This document shows, one piece after another, positions 14,299-28,833 of a DNA stretch of 64,000 bases; positions within the stretch are counted from its first letter, which is position 1; each line of letters starts with the position of its first letter. The stretch lies in the NCBI RefSeq assembly GCF_009914755.1, contig NC_060945.1; one strand, 5' to 3'. Origin of the DNA: the human T2T-CHM13v2.0 reference genome, Homo sapiens. The notes below the pieces were generated by a model that saw nothing but the letters and a program-made list of their open reading frames with translations, was not told the DNA's origin and did not search any database. The translations under genes were made by a program, and so were the position numbers.

Positions 14299-15539
14299 TG
14301 ATCGAAACAAGAAAAATGTATATAAAACCTTATAGAAGTAAGGTAGCCACTCAAAACAGAAATAGATAGAACCTATCTCAGCATAGAAGTCCTTGAGTTG
14401 TAAGCAATTATGGTGACACTGCATGTAACAGTGTTACTGGATCTAGGAAATTCAGTTACTTATGTTCCAATTCTTTTAGTATTTGAGACTTTTACCAGAT
14501 AGAAATTGATGAGGAAATCAAGCAGAAACTGATTTATGATAAAGAACAAGCTGGTTATGAAATCACTGGAAAGGCAGAGAAAAGACCAAAGACAGCCACC
14601 AATATTCTACCTTCAAGGTCACAAAATAGCATAAGCGTGGTCCACATGTGAAGTCTGCAATGACTAACTAGAGGTCAGGAAGCCCTCCTGCCAAGTTACC
14701 CCTCAGCTAATAATCACAGCCACACCACTCCTGAAACTGGATGAATAGGCTGTGGAATGGGGAGTTCGGATGCTACTCTCATTCATATCTGCAGAGCCTC
14801 TTGTCCATGCGCACCTCCTGAGAAAAGTGGGACTGACATTCACACCCCTCCAGCATTCTAAACTGTATACATGTACCTTTCATTCTAGGTTCACTACATG
14901 AAACTTAGAACCATAGCAGCAAGTCAGTCTAGGAAATGAAGATTTTAGCCTGCAATTTCTTATGATAAACAGGAGTGTCTTAAATCGTATAATTTGACTC
15001 TGAGTGTTAATAGAAAAATATCTAGGATAGGGTTTAAAACACCATTCTGAAATAATATTCATGCTAGCACTTCCTTTTAAAAGAGAGTTTACAAAAATCA
15101 AACTCTTCAGATTCCTGGATCTAAGTTTAGCAACACCACAGCCTCATATGTGTAAAAAGAGCACAGTTAGTGTCTATGAACTATGCGTGCTGGGAGAGCA
15201 AATTCTCAGAAATAAAGATGTTGGGGCAGAAATTAGAAATAATCTATTGAAACAGAGTAACAAAGAACAAAAGAAGAGTATGTTTCCTGAGAAGAGAGTG
15301 GGATTGAAAACAAAAAAAAGAGATCTTTATAATTCACAGTAATAAGACTGAGAAGAAAGAATAAAATTCCAAAGAAGAAGAAACAGGAAAAGAGCTATCT
15401 GATAAAGAAAAATTTTGGAGAAGACAAAAGGAAAAGACATGTCATTCAGAGATGAAGGGTTTAGTCTTGGAAAATAAGAAGATAGAGTTCCATTATCAGT
15501 TAATCAAGACGTGATAGCTGTCCAAGACATTGGTTACAT

Positions 15540-15750
15540 TGAAGCATTACTCACAATAGCCAAGATAGCCAAGATATAAAGATGTACAGCATGATCTCAC
15601 TTATATGTGGAATTCTAAAACAGTGAAAGTCATAGAAACAGAGAAAAGTGGTAGTTGCCAGGGGCTGGGGAGTGGGAGAAATGGGAAGATGTTGGACAAA
15701 GATTAAAAAGTTTCAGTTATGCAAGATGAATAGCTTCTGGGAGTTTAATA
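15540..15750 (+). mobile_element. L1MA-type 3' fragment
   Basis: gcatgatctcacttatatgtggaat, gtttcagttatgcaagatgaat; the same motifs recur at about 47720-47870. Confidence 0.75.
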
Positions 15751-15959
15751 AACACAAGTTCATTCAGTGACTCCAGAGATTGTATCCATCTGACTCCTAG
15801 GTCATGGCACCAACTCCTTGCCATTACACACCTCAAAAAATTCTGAGCTGAACATCGATATTGTATCCATTACCTGCCATTTGACTAAAACATTGATACA
15901 TGTCAATGGATACAAAAGTATGTAATAGAAGGAGGCTGATGATCAGGGAGGGATAGAAA

Positions 15960-16190
15960 AATTACAATGACTGACATTTGCTAAGAGTTTTAACGTATTC
16001 TAGGGTTTAAGTGCTCAACATTACTTGATATTTCCAACAACACTCGCCGTCGTACTATTCTAATCTCCATTTGAGAGAGAAAACTACTGCGATGTGAAAA
16101 GATTAAGTGCTGTAGTTGACAAAAGTGGCAAGGCCAGGTCTTGAATCCATGGACTCTCATGACATATCCAGTCTCTTAATCCAGCACTTT
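15960..16190 (-). mobile_element. MIR fragment
   Basis: tactattctaatctccatttg..gagaaaact...gattaagt...ggccaggtcttgaatcca core-like motifs. Confidence 0.55.
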
Positions 16191-18105
16191 GCCAGCACTG
16201 TTAGAGGTGAAGAGAAAGGGTAATTAAACAAATAAGTATTTGCACAATTGCTTTTCTATTCATTTATTCATTCATTGAGTGGTGAATGGTATTCATCAAT
16301 TTTTGGGATATAAGACACTAGAAAATAGTTTAGAAAAATATGGTAACAATGAAGGAATAATAGTGTGTAAAACTGAGCATCCGATATGAGCCTCAGTTGA
16401 AATATTGGGCTGTGTCTGAAAGTCTTTTAGAGTAGACCAGTATCTTTGCATACACCCAGTGCATTAGATAATCCAGGATCCTGAACATGAGGCTGAAAAG
16501 ATCGAGACTAATGTTGTAATGAAAATGAAGCTCCTGAATACCATTGCAGGGAAGTGATGTGATCAGAGTGGTTCTTTACAAAGATTGATTTTGCATTTGC
16601 ATGCCTCGTGCATTGATGTTTTTGTTAGACATCCAATAGAAAAGGAAGCCAAGAGCCACTAATGGCATCACAGGAAAAGTCAGATAGGGCCAGGGCTTGG
16701 GAGGTAACAGAGGAAATGGGAAGGAAGAAATAGATACAAGAATTATAATGCAGGAATTATTAAAATAGTGTTTTGACTGATTGTGATGTATAAGATAGAT
16801 AGGAATCAAGGGTGAAGACAATTACAGATTACAGAAAAATCCAGAAAGTGAAGAGAAGAATTAGAGATGTTGATTCTAGGCACATCTGACACTATTCACT
16901 TAGATATGTTCTGTATCTTTGTATATAATTTTTCATTACTGAAATATTTAATTCATCAAGTATTTCCTGAGAACTTACTATATTCCAGTCACTTTGTTCT
17001 ATGTTACATGTATCTATCTGTATGCATGTATAAATACATGTGTGCGAATGTGTGTTTGTAAAGTGTTTTATCTCTTTCCTCAAGAAACTTACAATTTAGT
17101 AGTCAGTTGACAGTTGGACTTATAAAACCAAAATGTAAAAAATATTTAGAAAGAGAATGAAAGTCATAAGCATGCTTTTGCTTTAAAAGAAGTAATAGAA
17201 ATAAGAGGCCAGTGGAAAATAATATGAAAAAAAGGCTACAGTAAGTGTCAGCAGATCTGAAAACGGACTATATAACTAGAAGAGACTAGGCACTGGCCCA
17301 TGTTTTGATGATGGTGGCTTTGTGCTGAAAGAAAAAACAAAGGCTCTTCTTTCTCTGCAGGTGCACCATGTCAGGGTGCACAGTTGGTGAATGGTGCAAC
17401 CTCTGCAGTCAGAGTAAAAACAAACAATCATGTTTATACCATATATTCAAAGATGGAAGCCCAAGAGGATAGATAATATCTCCCTCTCATCCCCCAGAAT
17501 ATACTACCTTCACTTTTGACACATGTCCCCAAACTGGAGTGTAATGCCTATGACATCCAACTTAGACCTAATGTACATTAGGGAGTCAGCCACTCAGCAC
17601 AGATTGAAGAATTGGCATTTTTTAAGGGGATCCGTGTGCATTTGTTTGCCTTTCTCCTATACTTTGGATCAAACTTATAAGTAAATTTTGGATCAAACCT
17701 ACAGCTGAAAAGACATGCAGATTAACCTGGAGATTAAGGAAACATGAAAATTATTAGAATATTTGAAGGCCAAAACATTATTTAGATATCTTAAAATTTG
17801 TATTTCCAGATATGATTTTAATAGTTCTAAGACTTTTGGATGCATCAGAATTCTACACGTGTGTTTGAACCTTAGAGTTGTAACATCATGTACTTCATAG
17901 GCTCTCTAAATAATTCACAGTTTCTAATTAGAGTTGAAATATACACTGTGGCATTTCTTTACAGTATTCACATGTGAAAGGCCGTAAAGCTGTGCTCCTG
18001 GCTCTTGCTCAGTACTATTTATAAGGCATATTTTTATATGACCTACAGTGACCTTTTTTAACTCTAGCAAAAAGAGTACATTTGACTTTTGACTGCCATA
18101 TGAGA

Positions 18106-18412
18106 TTTTTTATTTGTATTTATTTATTTTTGAGATAGAGTCTCTCTCTGTTGCCCAGGCTGGATTTGCAGGGACATGATCTCAACTCACTGCAACTTCT
18201 ACCTCCTGGGTTCAACCAATTCTCCTGCTTCAGCCTCCCAAGCAGCTGGAATCACAGGCACACTCCACTACACCCGGCTGTTTTTTTTATTTTTGTGGAA
18301 ACAGGGTTTCACCATGTTGACCAGGCTGGTCTCAAACTCCTGACCTCAAGTAATCCGCCCACCTCAGCTTCCAAAGTGCAGTGATTACAGTTGTAAGCCA
18401 TCATGCCCAGCC
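18106..18412 (-). mobile_element. Alu (older S/J, CpG-decayed)
   Basis: Antisense dimeric Alu with degenerate T-rich tail. Confidence 0.9.
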
Positions 18413-18485
18413 CCAATTTTATGTAAATGACTGATATAAGAATTGAAATTCACATGTACTGCATATTTATCAGTCAAGTTTATAT

Positions 18486-19201
18486 ATATTAGCCCATTCT
18501 CACACTGCTATGAAGAAATATCTGAGACTGGATAATTTATAAAGGACAGAAATTTAATTGACTCACAGTTCTGCATTCCTGGGGAGGCCTCAGGAAACTT
18601 ACAATTATGCTGAAAGGCAAAGGAGAAGCAGGCACCTTCACAGGGCGGCAGAACAGAGTGAGTGCCAGCAGGGGAAATGCCAGACCTTTATAAAAACGGG
18701 AAGAGCCAGACCATTTATAAAACAATCTTATCTCATGAGACTTATTCATTATCATGAGAACAGCATGGAGAAACCGCCCCCATGATTCAGTTACCTCCAC
18801 TTGGTTCCACCCTTGACACATGGGGATTATGGGAATTAAAAATCAAGGTGAGGCCAGGCACTGTGGCTCACTCCTGTAATCCCAGCACTTTGGGAGGCCA
18901 AGGTGGGCAGATCACGAGGTTAAAAGATTGAGACCATCCTGGCCAACATGGTGAAACCCTATCTCTACTAAAAATACAAAAATTAGCTGGGCGTGGTGGT
19001 GCGCACCTGTAGTCCCAGCTACTCTGGAGGCTGAAGCAGGAGAATGGCATGAACCCAGGGGAGGCTGAGGTTGCAGTGAGCTGAGATCACGCCACTGCAC
19101 TCCAGCCTGGCCAGAAAACGAAACTCCGTCTCAAAAAAAAAAAAAAAAAAAAAAAAATTCAAGGTGAGATTTGTGTGGGGACACAGAGCCAAACCATATA
19201 A
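18486..19201 (-). mobile_element. THE1/MST (MaLR) solo LTR interrupted by an Alu
   Basis: tattagcccattctcacactgctat, ggggaggcctcaggaaacttacaat, end gggacacagagccaaaccatat. Confidence 0.9.
18852..19155 (+). mobile_element. AluSc-like SINE inside the LTR
   Basis: gatcacgaggt.aa.agattgagaccatcctggccaacatgg; TSD aaa(a/t)tcaaggtga on both sides. Confidence 0.92.
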
Positions 19202-19209
19202 TATATGTT

Positions 19210-19248
19210 TGTGTGTGTGTGTGTGTGTGTGTATACATATATATATAT
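19210..19248. repeat. (TG)n(TA)n microsatellite
   Basis: Directly visible. Confidence 0.9.
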
Positions 19249-20193
19249 TCCCTCTCTGAAAAAAAATTATTTTTTTATCCAAAGTTTAAGATTATTTCAG
19301 ATGTGATAGGAACAAAAGAGGAAGAGATTCATAGAGAAATTAATGTTAATGTGTCTCTAAATCTTGATGTTTCTGGAGTAGAGTTTTCAAAAATCCCTCA
19401 CTGGGATTTTTTTTTTTTCTAGTTCTGCGTGCTCTGCCTTTGAGATAATTCTTCCGAAATAATTTTTTATATTAGACACTAAATTAAATGTCCACCTAAG
19501 ATACCTTATTGAACTTGAAATAATTTAAGTAGTGGATGGATTAAAATAAAACACACAAGAAGAATTTTATAGCTATTTTGAAAATATGGGAATAGTATTT
19601 TAATATCTCAACTAAAGGTTTAATTTAATTGGATAATATATAAATGAAATTAGACCTAATAGTTTACAGTCTTATTTAGTTCATAATACTGACATTTTTC
19701 TCAAAACTTAGCACTTACCTACAATTTAGGAATATAATTGTGGTGAATGCAAAGAAAATACATTTTGTATTTTCACAAGGCACCATTATTTATGGTGATG
19801 GTTGAATAATTGATTTATGTATTCTAACGTTTTAACTACCCTCTTTATCTCTCTTTTATTTTTTTTTCTTAAACACACACGAGATTGTTTTCCTGGACCT
19901 CAATAAAATGTTTATATCGTATAGAAAATGCAGAAGTAACATATTCCCTCAATAATTAAAGTGTGATTTTAATTTTACTGTCTATTTTCTGAGGTAATAA
20001 AAGTTGACTCATGTATACTTTCTTGTAATTTCAAAAGAACATTCAGGTGTTTCAGGAAGTTCTGTAACTCGAACATATTAAGTGATACAGGTAGCAGTTT
20101 TCCTTCACTCCTAGTTCTCATAACACCATAAGCCTTAATAATGGCCATTCCCATTCCCTTGGTTATGTTTTCTTTATATTTCTTTGTCCATAG

Positions 20194-20367
20194 ACGTGCC
20201 ATCCAGTCCCTATGGAGTGAAGATCATAGAGCTGTCGCAGACCACGGCCAAGGTTTCCTTCAACAAACCGGACTCCCATGGAGGTGTACCTATTCATCAC
20301 TATCAGGTGGATGTCAAAGAAGTAGCGTCAGAAATCTGGAAAATTGTACGCTCCCATGGAGTTCAAA
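20194..20367 (+). CDS. NCAM2: NCAM2 coding exon, N-terminal half of FN3-1 (174 nt, phase 1 to 1)
   Basis: Polypyrimidine tract + ccatag|AC...CAAA|gtgagt; [58 protein letters not shown], an NCAM-type FN3 (GG-x-PI-x-x-Y). Confidence 0.97.
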
Positions 20368-21543
20368 GTGAGTCAACAATTTCAAAATGTGTTGGTTAAT
20401 TCAAGCTGATCTTCAGTATACCTGTATGATTGGCTTTTTTGGTTTCCTCCAACATTTTCTTTTCTTTTAATAAAATGGTGTTGGGAAGATATTTTCTGTG
20501 CCCCATTCTTCTTGATAATAACTCGAATACAGAGTGAATAGTTTCCATCTTCAGTAAAAATGAAAGAGCTTAGTAGAATCAGCAGAGTTCAATTCTGGAG
20601 GAAGAAGTCACTTTAAAAAAATTCGTTGGTGGAAAGGCAATTGCTCACATACTAGATATGATGGCTGGATTTTATGAAATGTATGCTCATGTTTCATTTA
20701 TTAATATTTCTCTCAAGAATAGGTGTGAAAATGATACTGCAAAATGTAGTTACCTTCTATACTTATGAAGCCATCTCTAAAAATCTGTAGAATTTTATAT
20801 ATTTGTTTACTTTTTGTATTTTTATATTTTTTTACTTTTATATTTCTATTAAAAATCAAAATAATTTACAGAGCTTCTTTTCACTTACGTAAAATTTCAT
20901 CGTCTTATGAAAATGTAGTTTGTTTTCTCATTAGGAGGAGACAAAACTAAAGCAGGAAATAATAAGAATTACCAGCGTTGGCCTCTGTTGTTTAAGACAC
21001 AGAACCATACTGAGTGTTCCAAAAGGGAAGCATAAAATAGTGAGGAAATTAATGTTCCATAGGTCTGTTCTATGAGGATCCTACCTTGACCCTAACACAT
21101 ATGGTGTAGGGGTTCAGTAAAAAGCAAGAGCCTTCCTGAGAAAGAAAGAGGGAACCAATTCTAGTGAACATAGAGAGAAAGCAAATGAAATCATCCTGGT
21201 CTCATCTGTGTTGACCCTACTTTATCAGTTTGCACTGAGCATAACTATGGGTTTTTGATAGAAGTATCAGAAACATTAATCAGTCATCTATCATGTACCA
21301 TATACTTCAAATAATGTTCTCAAACTGATGAGCTCATATTATTTATTTTAATTATGAAATACTTGGATTATATTATCTGTGCACATTGTGTGGTTTAGGA
21401 GAGATTTATAAAGACAGTGCCCCCCAAAAACAATGAGTGAGACGAAGGACTATAGTTTTTTTTTAAAAAATTATTAACCTGGATGCAGGAATATTGTGCT
21501 ACTTTAAATTTTGTTTTGTTTTATTTTATTAAAAGAGAGAAAG

Positions 21544-21935
<392 letters not shown>

Positions 21936-23079
21936 CTAAACTGCATAAAACTCAGTGTTTGTGCTCAAGCACAAGCACACAGAAAATTAATATTAAGTCT
22001 GAATATTATAGAAATTGAACACGGCACAAAAGTGCTGCTGCACCCTAGCCCTGCCAAACCCAGGAAAAGGTTAATAGGCTCCCTCCAGACTTCTTGCAAA
22101 GGTGCAGCACGATGGAGAATTTATAGTGCCCTTGATCTGGCCAAGTTGATCAAGGTAAAAATCCTGACATTTTATCTCACCTGTCCATCTGTCAGAGGCA
22201 GATCACTATGTTTATAAAACTGAAATATAATAACAAAGCACATTCGTTACTTTGAAATGAGAAATAACTGTCACAGAAATTAGAACATTCAGAGTCTATA
22301 TAAGTACATACTTTACCTGTTGGTATATTATGAAGATACAAAATGAGAGTCAGAAACTTGTTTGGTGAGTCTAGAATATGAACTAGGGAAGCTGCGTGCA
22401 TAGAATGTTTAGTGGCCTCAGACTGGGACAGTTAAAAGCTTGCGAATGAGAATAAAATACTCAAAAGTCTTGTGGCTAGGGATTTCTCACTTTGATTTGA
22501 GGAAAATGACAGCATTAGTACTTTTTTCTGTTTCCATTGTTGATTCATCTTCCATAGGTATGTTAATGAGTACCTTAAAATCAAGTTACAGTTATGTAAT
22601 CAAACCACTGTATGATCTCAACTCAGTGCAGTATAAACATGAATTTTAAATTTGACTACTACATTAAGCTCTTCTTTTTGATTCTCCCTTTCAGTTATTT
22701 AATAATATATTTGGCAGACACTGTAGATATATTATCATCTTCCAGTATTAGAAAAAAAAAGTTCAATATTGTTGGTATAGTGGTGAGCATCGCTGCCTTC
22801 CAGAATAAACAGTTCAGCCATGCACAGTTTAAAACTTATAATAATGTTTAATTTTGCATTCACATTGTCTCTGGCCTCCATGAAAGATAAACCTCAACCT
22901 GGGGAGCTTAATGGTGAAATGAACTGCATCTTGTCTTGGGAAGGTGAAAGAGATCAAATACCTCATGTTTCTGGTGCTGTTGACCTCATTGGGCTGTCGC
23001 TGTCACCTGCCCTCTGTGGGACAGGCATCTAAGTACCTGCCCCTTGGGGATGTGTGACTGGAGTGCAAGCACACCAGAA

Positions 23080-23137
23080 GGAGATAGAATATTTCATTTT
23101 TGGAGATAGAATATTCCTTTTTGGAGACAGAATATTC
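23080..23137. repeat. Three-copy minisatellite, 21-22 bp unit (ggagatagaatatt...tttt)
   Basis: Units start at 23080, 23102, 23123. Confidence 0.85.
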
Positions 23138-24839
23138 ATCATGGGGTGCTGCTTAGCTTGAGCTCTTTATACCTTTCCTCACCCTTTACTTCAGCAGGAT
23201 TTCTTTTAAGTGTGAATGTCACCCACTAACATTATGCAATTTCCACTTGACCAAGAGAAATGCTCCACATTCTCACTTAGCTAAGATGTAAGAAACTGCA
23301 TTTCTTTGCAGCTGATCTCTTTCTCATTTTCTTTCTCCTCATTTTAAAGAGACATAGTAGATCAATCCTCTGTAAAAGCAGAAGTCCAAATTTCCAAATT
23401 GCGATGCAAATATCATATCTCTCCTCTCATCTCTTGTGCCAAACAATTCAGTGGGTTCTGTTCACCTCTTGGACTTACCTTCACTTACTGGGAGGGAAGC
23501 ATCACTGCGCTTTCTTCTGGGTGGAAGACTTACTAGTTTCATCAGTGGATTTTTTCCTCCGCCTAGTTTTCTGCTTACATTGCGGGGAGTGGGAAGGACA
23601 GGGGGCATGGGAGTTAATTCTCAAGGCTTGGGTTGCAAACCCAGTTTAACATCTTCTTCTTTAACTCTGCAGGAGGTGCCTGACCTCTTCTCAAATCTTA
23701 GGTATTTAATGTTTTTTTCTTCTCTCTATGAATTGTCTCAGTTGAAAATTACAGCACTACAGAAACATGCCCGCTACATGTTTCCATACAGTTTCTTATG
23801 GCTGTGCTGGTACTATTCTTTCTACTTGAGATTAAGAGTACCTGTGTAATGGGATTTATTTATTGCTGCATTTACACTTTATATCTCAAATGGTGATGTG
23901 ATCTCACTTTATATATAAAATCATGTTTTGGGGAAAACCAAGTTTTTAAGGATTTCTTAGTGTAGACTCCATATTTGTATAGCAGGCATGAATGTAAATA
24001 TGTAACTGTAAGATCAATATAAATGCAATGAGTACCCAGGGAAAGAAGCTGAGTAATTCCATTGGGACCACCCCTAACGTTGTAAGATATGTGTGTCTGG
24101 CACTTATTCTTTCTTTAGCCAAGAGATGTATTATTTTGTAAAGACATAGTAAAGATATTCATCAGAATAACATGATTTTTGCTGACAGAAATATGAAATG
24201 TGATGTTAATAGTCATAATTATATTTACTGTAAATTGACAGGAATGATTTGATTATTGAAACATATGACATAGTTTTGACTGAAACGTTCTACTTTAACC
24301 AAACATACTTTCATTTTGTTTCTGTGATTTCAATGAGTCACTATGTCCTTTAAAGTAGCATTTCCACCTTACTCACATTTTCCCATCTGACTGACTTAGG
24401 TCCTTTTAATACTTCCCAGAATTATTGTTTTACCCTGAACCACTTACAACATACTTTCACAATCAGTCCTTGAAAGTGCTCTCACAGTAAAATTCCCTCT
24501 TCCTCCAGAATGAGTGACTGCCAAGTGGCACTGTATTTCAGATGTTATATTGTATTGTGCATATTTTAATATATAACATATTATATTTTATGGTACTTCT
24601 CTTACATTATAACTCTGAAGGATTTTTTCTCCTAGTTTATAAACTCCATGAGTGGACCTCGTATGCCTTGTTTATGTCATTGTTTCAAGTACCAAAAGCA
24701 TATTAGGGTAGAGGGAATACTGAAATTTGGTGGAGGTAGGAGAATGGAAAGGATTATTTTATAGCACCTCTGACTGGGTCTTAAGTGAATCCATTATACA
24801 TCCCCTTCCAATAAGTATGTGTCTACAGAAGCAACTTTT

Positions 24840-25162
<323 letters not shown>

Positions 25163-25550
25163 TAAATGGAAACTAAGGTTCAAAGTGTTTATGAGAGATT
25201 AACACACTTTTGAAAAGAGTGAAGATGAAGCAGAATTCAGCCAATGGAGTGAGCTACAGTTCAGGCTCCAGTGGTATGCCGGGAGTTGTCGTTGTTGTTG
25301 TTATTGTTGTTTTTAAGGTACACAACTCTGCACTGCATATAACATTACCTTGATCAAGAAACCAGAAGACTTTACTGTAATTCTTCCACTGGGGCATGCC
25401 AGAAATTCCACACAACATTTCTTCCAACCTCTATTGTATTGACGAATATCAGCCTCACCAGATCGATCATGTGAGCAATTTATACTATGTGAGCAATTCA
25501 ATGGTTATGAATTTTCAAAGAAGTATTTATCCAATCCCCCACCAAGATTC

Positions 25551-25577
25551 TGTGTGTGTGTGTGTGTGTGTGTGTGT
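25551..25577. repeat. (TG)n microsatellite
   Basis: Directly visible. Confidence 0.95.
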
Positions 25578-26876
25578 TTCTAGCACACCCTTTTATTTCA
25601 TTCTAAGGATATTAACGGTCCCGGTTTATGCAGGGATCCCCACTTCATCTCCCCATTTTGAATCTTTTTTTAACCCACTGAGGCCATTCAAAACCAATCT
25701 TGTACATCAGAGACCCATGCAAAAGCTCTGAGAATCTGAGTACCAGAAAACTGCCACAATTTATAGAAAAAACAATTATATGGCTGCTCCTCTAGCTCCT
25801 GGTCTTTCCACACACTTCATTTTTGATGTTTCAGAGTTTGCTTTCCTTTTCTGTGAGATAATCAGTGGATTTGAAAAGATTTTCGAAAATGATATGCATA
25901 ATTTCTAGGTGTACTTAGAAGGCTTGTTTTTCTGGCTATCTAGGAGAAGATATTGTTGAAAATTAGAATACATATTTAAAGCACATATTATATATATATA
26001 TATTTGAATACTAAGGAAAAGCTTGTTTGTGCCTTCGTTTTGTAAATCACAGGTTGTGTTAATCATATATCTTAAAGTTTAAGAATTCTATGTAAGCACA
26101 ATTATACTCATTCTCTGAAGCATTTGTTAGAAGATAGATTTAGGTTTATCTCTGAAAATGCAGGTACATATGGTCTCAACATTTCAGCTATCTTTTCCCT
26201 CTGAGCAGCTTTATTTATTCTAATTTATGTGAGTTTAATGTTTAGTTACTTTTCCTTGGTAGTAAATATATATGATTTTGAATACACTTATTGATGTGTC
26301 CAATTCTAATTGCTGATGTCACCACCCAGAAGTAATTATCAGCTCTTGGTGGACTGCAATGCTATTTAAGATGAATATTGTAGCATAAATACTGTCCTGT
26401 TAGTAGATTCTAATCTTAAATAAATCATTAACAAATTCTTATTAATTTTACCTTCTCACTGTGCACCTGGTCCTAGGTTTAAGGTACAATGGAAGCCAGG
26501 CCTATTATTATATTCTTTTTGAAGGTTTAGCTGAAGCCGTACTAATTATCCCAACCAATGATGTGACATGAAACTAATTTTCAAACTGTAAGGAATTGTG
26601 AACCAGTCACATATCAACAACTCGAACTATAGAGATATAGAATGTGAGTCAGTGTGACTCTTCATTTTGAGTGAGAAACATGTATCACAGCTGTAGCAAG
26701 ACTTTTTGGTTGGGGAAGCTACAGGATGTATTCATTGCCAAATCATATAATATTTTGTGGGTTTCATACACCTCACTGGCCACTTAATGAAGAGAAAATA
26801 CTAATCTTACAAACAGCTACTCTTTTTTTTTCAGTTTTCTTAATACAAATGACAATATCAATATTTTAAAATGTTA

Positions 26877-27190
26877 GGCCAGGCATGGTGGCTCACGCTT
26901 GTGAAACCAACATTTTGGGAAGGTACGGAGGGAGAATTGTTCAAAGCCGGGAGTTCAGGGTCAGTCTGGGCAACAAAGCAAGACCCCGTCTCTCTAAAAA
27001 AATTGTTTTTTATTAGTTGGGTGTGAAGGAATGGGCCAGTAGTCTCAGCTACTCAGGAGGCTGAGGCAGAAGAATCACTTGAGCCCAAGAGTTTAAGGCT
27101 GCAGAGAACTATGACTGTGCCACTGAACTCCAACCTGGGCAACACAACAAGATACTGTCTCTAAAAAAATAAATAAATAAAAATAAGTAA
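26877..27190 (+). mobile_element. AluJ-like SINE
   Basis: Diverged Alu with cacttgagccca.gagtttaaggctgcag (J-type). Confidence 0.88.
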
Positions 27191-27198
27191 GTACTTCC

Positions 27199-27504
27199 TT
27201 TTTTTTTTTTTGATACAGAGTCTTGCTCTGTCCCCCAAGGCTGCATTGCAGCGGCACAATCATAGCTCACTACAACCTCCGCCTCCCGGGTTCAAGCAAT
27301 TCTCCTGCCTCAGCCTCCTGAGTAGCTGGGATTACAGGTGCGCGCCATCACATCTGGCTAATTTTTGTATTTTTAGTAGAGATGGGGTTTCACCATGTTG
27401 GCCAGGCTGGTCTGGAACTCCTGACCTCAGGTGATCCAATCGCCTTAGCCTCCCTCAGCCTCCCAAAGTGCTGGGATTACAGGCGTGAGCCACTGCGCCC
27501 GGCC
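27199..27504 (-). mobile_element. AluS SINE, tail-to-tail with the preceding Alu
   Basis: Antisense Alu ending ccactgcgcccggcc; small internal duplication cttagcctccctcagcctccc. Confidence 0.93.
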
Positions 27505-28475
27505 TTCAGGTTTAATTTTAGCAAAAGTTTTTATTTTAATAGAAATCTGGAGGAAAAAATATTTGTGGTAGAGAAACTTATTTCAGTTTGGTAGAAAAGT
27601 AGTGCTTTCTTGTTTTTTATATACCTTTTTTTCCTGATAGGGTTTTGAAATATAGATTTTGATTTATAATCAATATGCCTGTTCTTGATAGGTCAGAAAA
27701 CTAATTTTGAATAAAGGCCTGAATTAAAATATAGTAAAGTTTAGTAGATCAGATACTGAAATCTTAGGTGCAAATATGCAAAGTACCAGCAATAAATATA
27801 GCCAGCATTCAAAAAACAAATTATTCCTATTTCTTTAAATGATATGTGTTGAAATGTTTTTATACCTATGATACACATTGTCAAAGAAAACTACTCTTGC
27901 ATCCTAATAAGCAGCTGGGGATGTACAAAATGTATTCATTTATTCAAGTATAGAACACGTGTATGTTCATTCATATACTGAGTCATTGGTTTCATTAGTG
28001 AAAAATAAGAGGAGGCTAATGAAACTTCCCAAATCTCTTAAAACAGAGGAACTGACTCATGGAATATGTGTAACTCCTACTAGCCTAGTTGTGCAGTCAT
28101 AAAGTTCTGCGTTAGGGCTAAAGTTATGGTAGAATTTCTCTTAGTATATTTGGCTCAACAAACTTTAGTTCGCTGCTGATGTAGAGATTTCATGCTTACA
28201 TATTTCTAACAGCTTGACATTTTAAAAAATGTGTCATTAAAATAACCTTTTACTTAAAAATAATTTGATTTTTATATATGAGTTCAAAGATGGTACCAAA
28301 AGTATTCAGACACCCTTCACCCAACCTCCCCTTATAATAACATACCACAGTACATGTATCAAAATTAATGAATTATCATGGGTATATTAGTAGTAAATAA
28401 ACTACAGAGTTTATTATGAAATGTCATTTTTAACAGCCTTCCTCTATTGTAGTTATCTCATATTGAAAATAAATA

Positions 28476-28833
<358 letters not shown>

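Noticed and set aside
15540-15750. Similarity to 47720-47870 as a segmental duplication
   Set aside because: Explained by both being L1MA-type 3' ends.
17341-17410. Strong-looking acceptor (ctcttctttctctgcag|gtgc)
   Set aside because: No good downstream donor or NCAM-like reading frame; GTGCAC is a poor recursive donor.
23080-23137. CRISPR-like repeat array
   Set aside because: Eukaryotic context; units are contiguous with no unique spacers and no cas genes.
23436-23849. 137-aa ORF, the longest outside TEs
   Set aside because: Non-ATG start, S/L/F-rich, no domain and no convincing exon boundaries.
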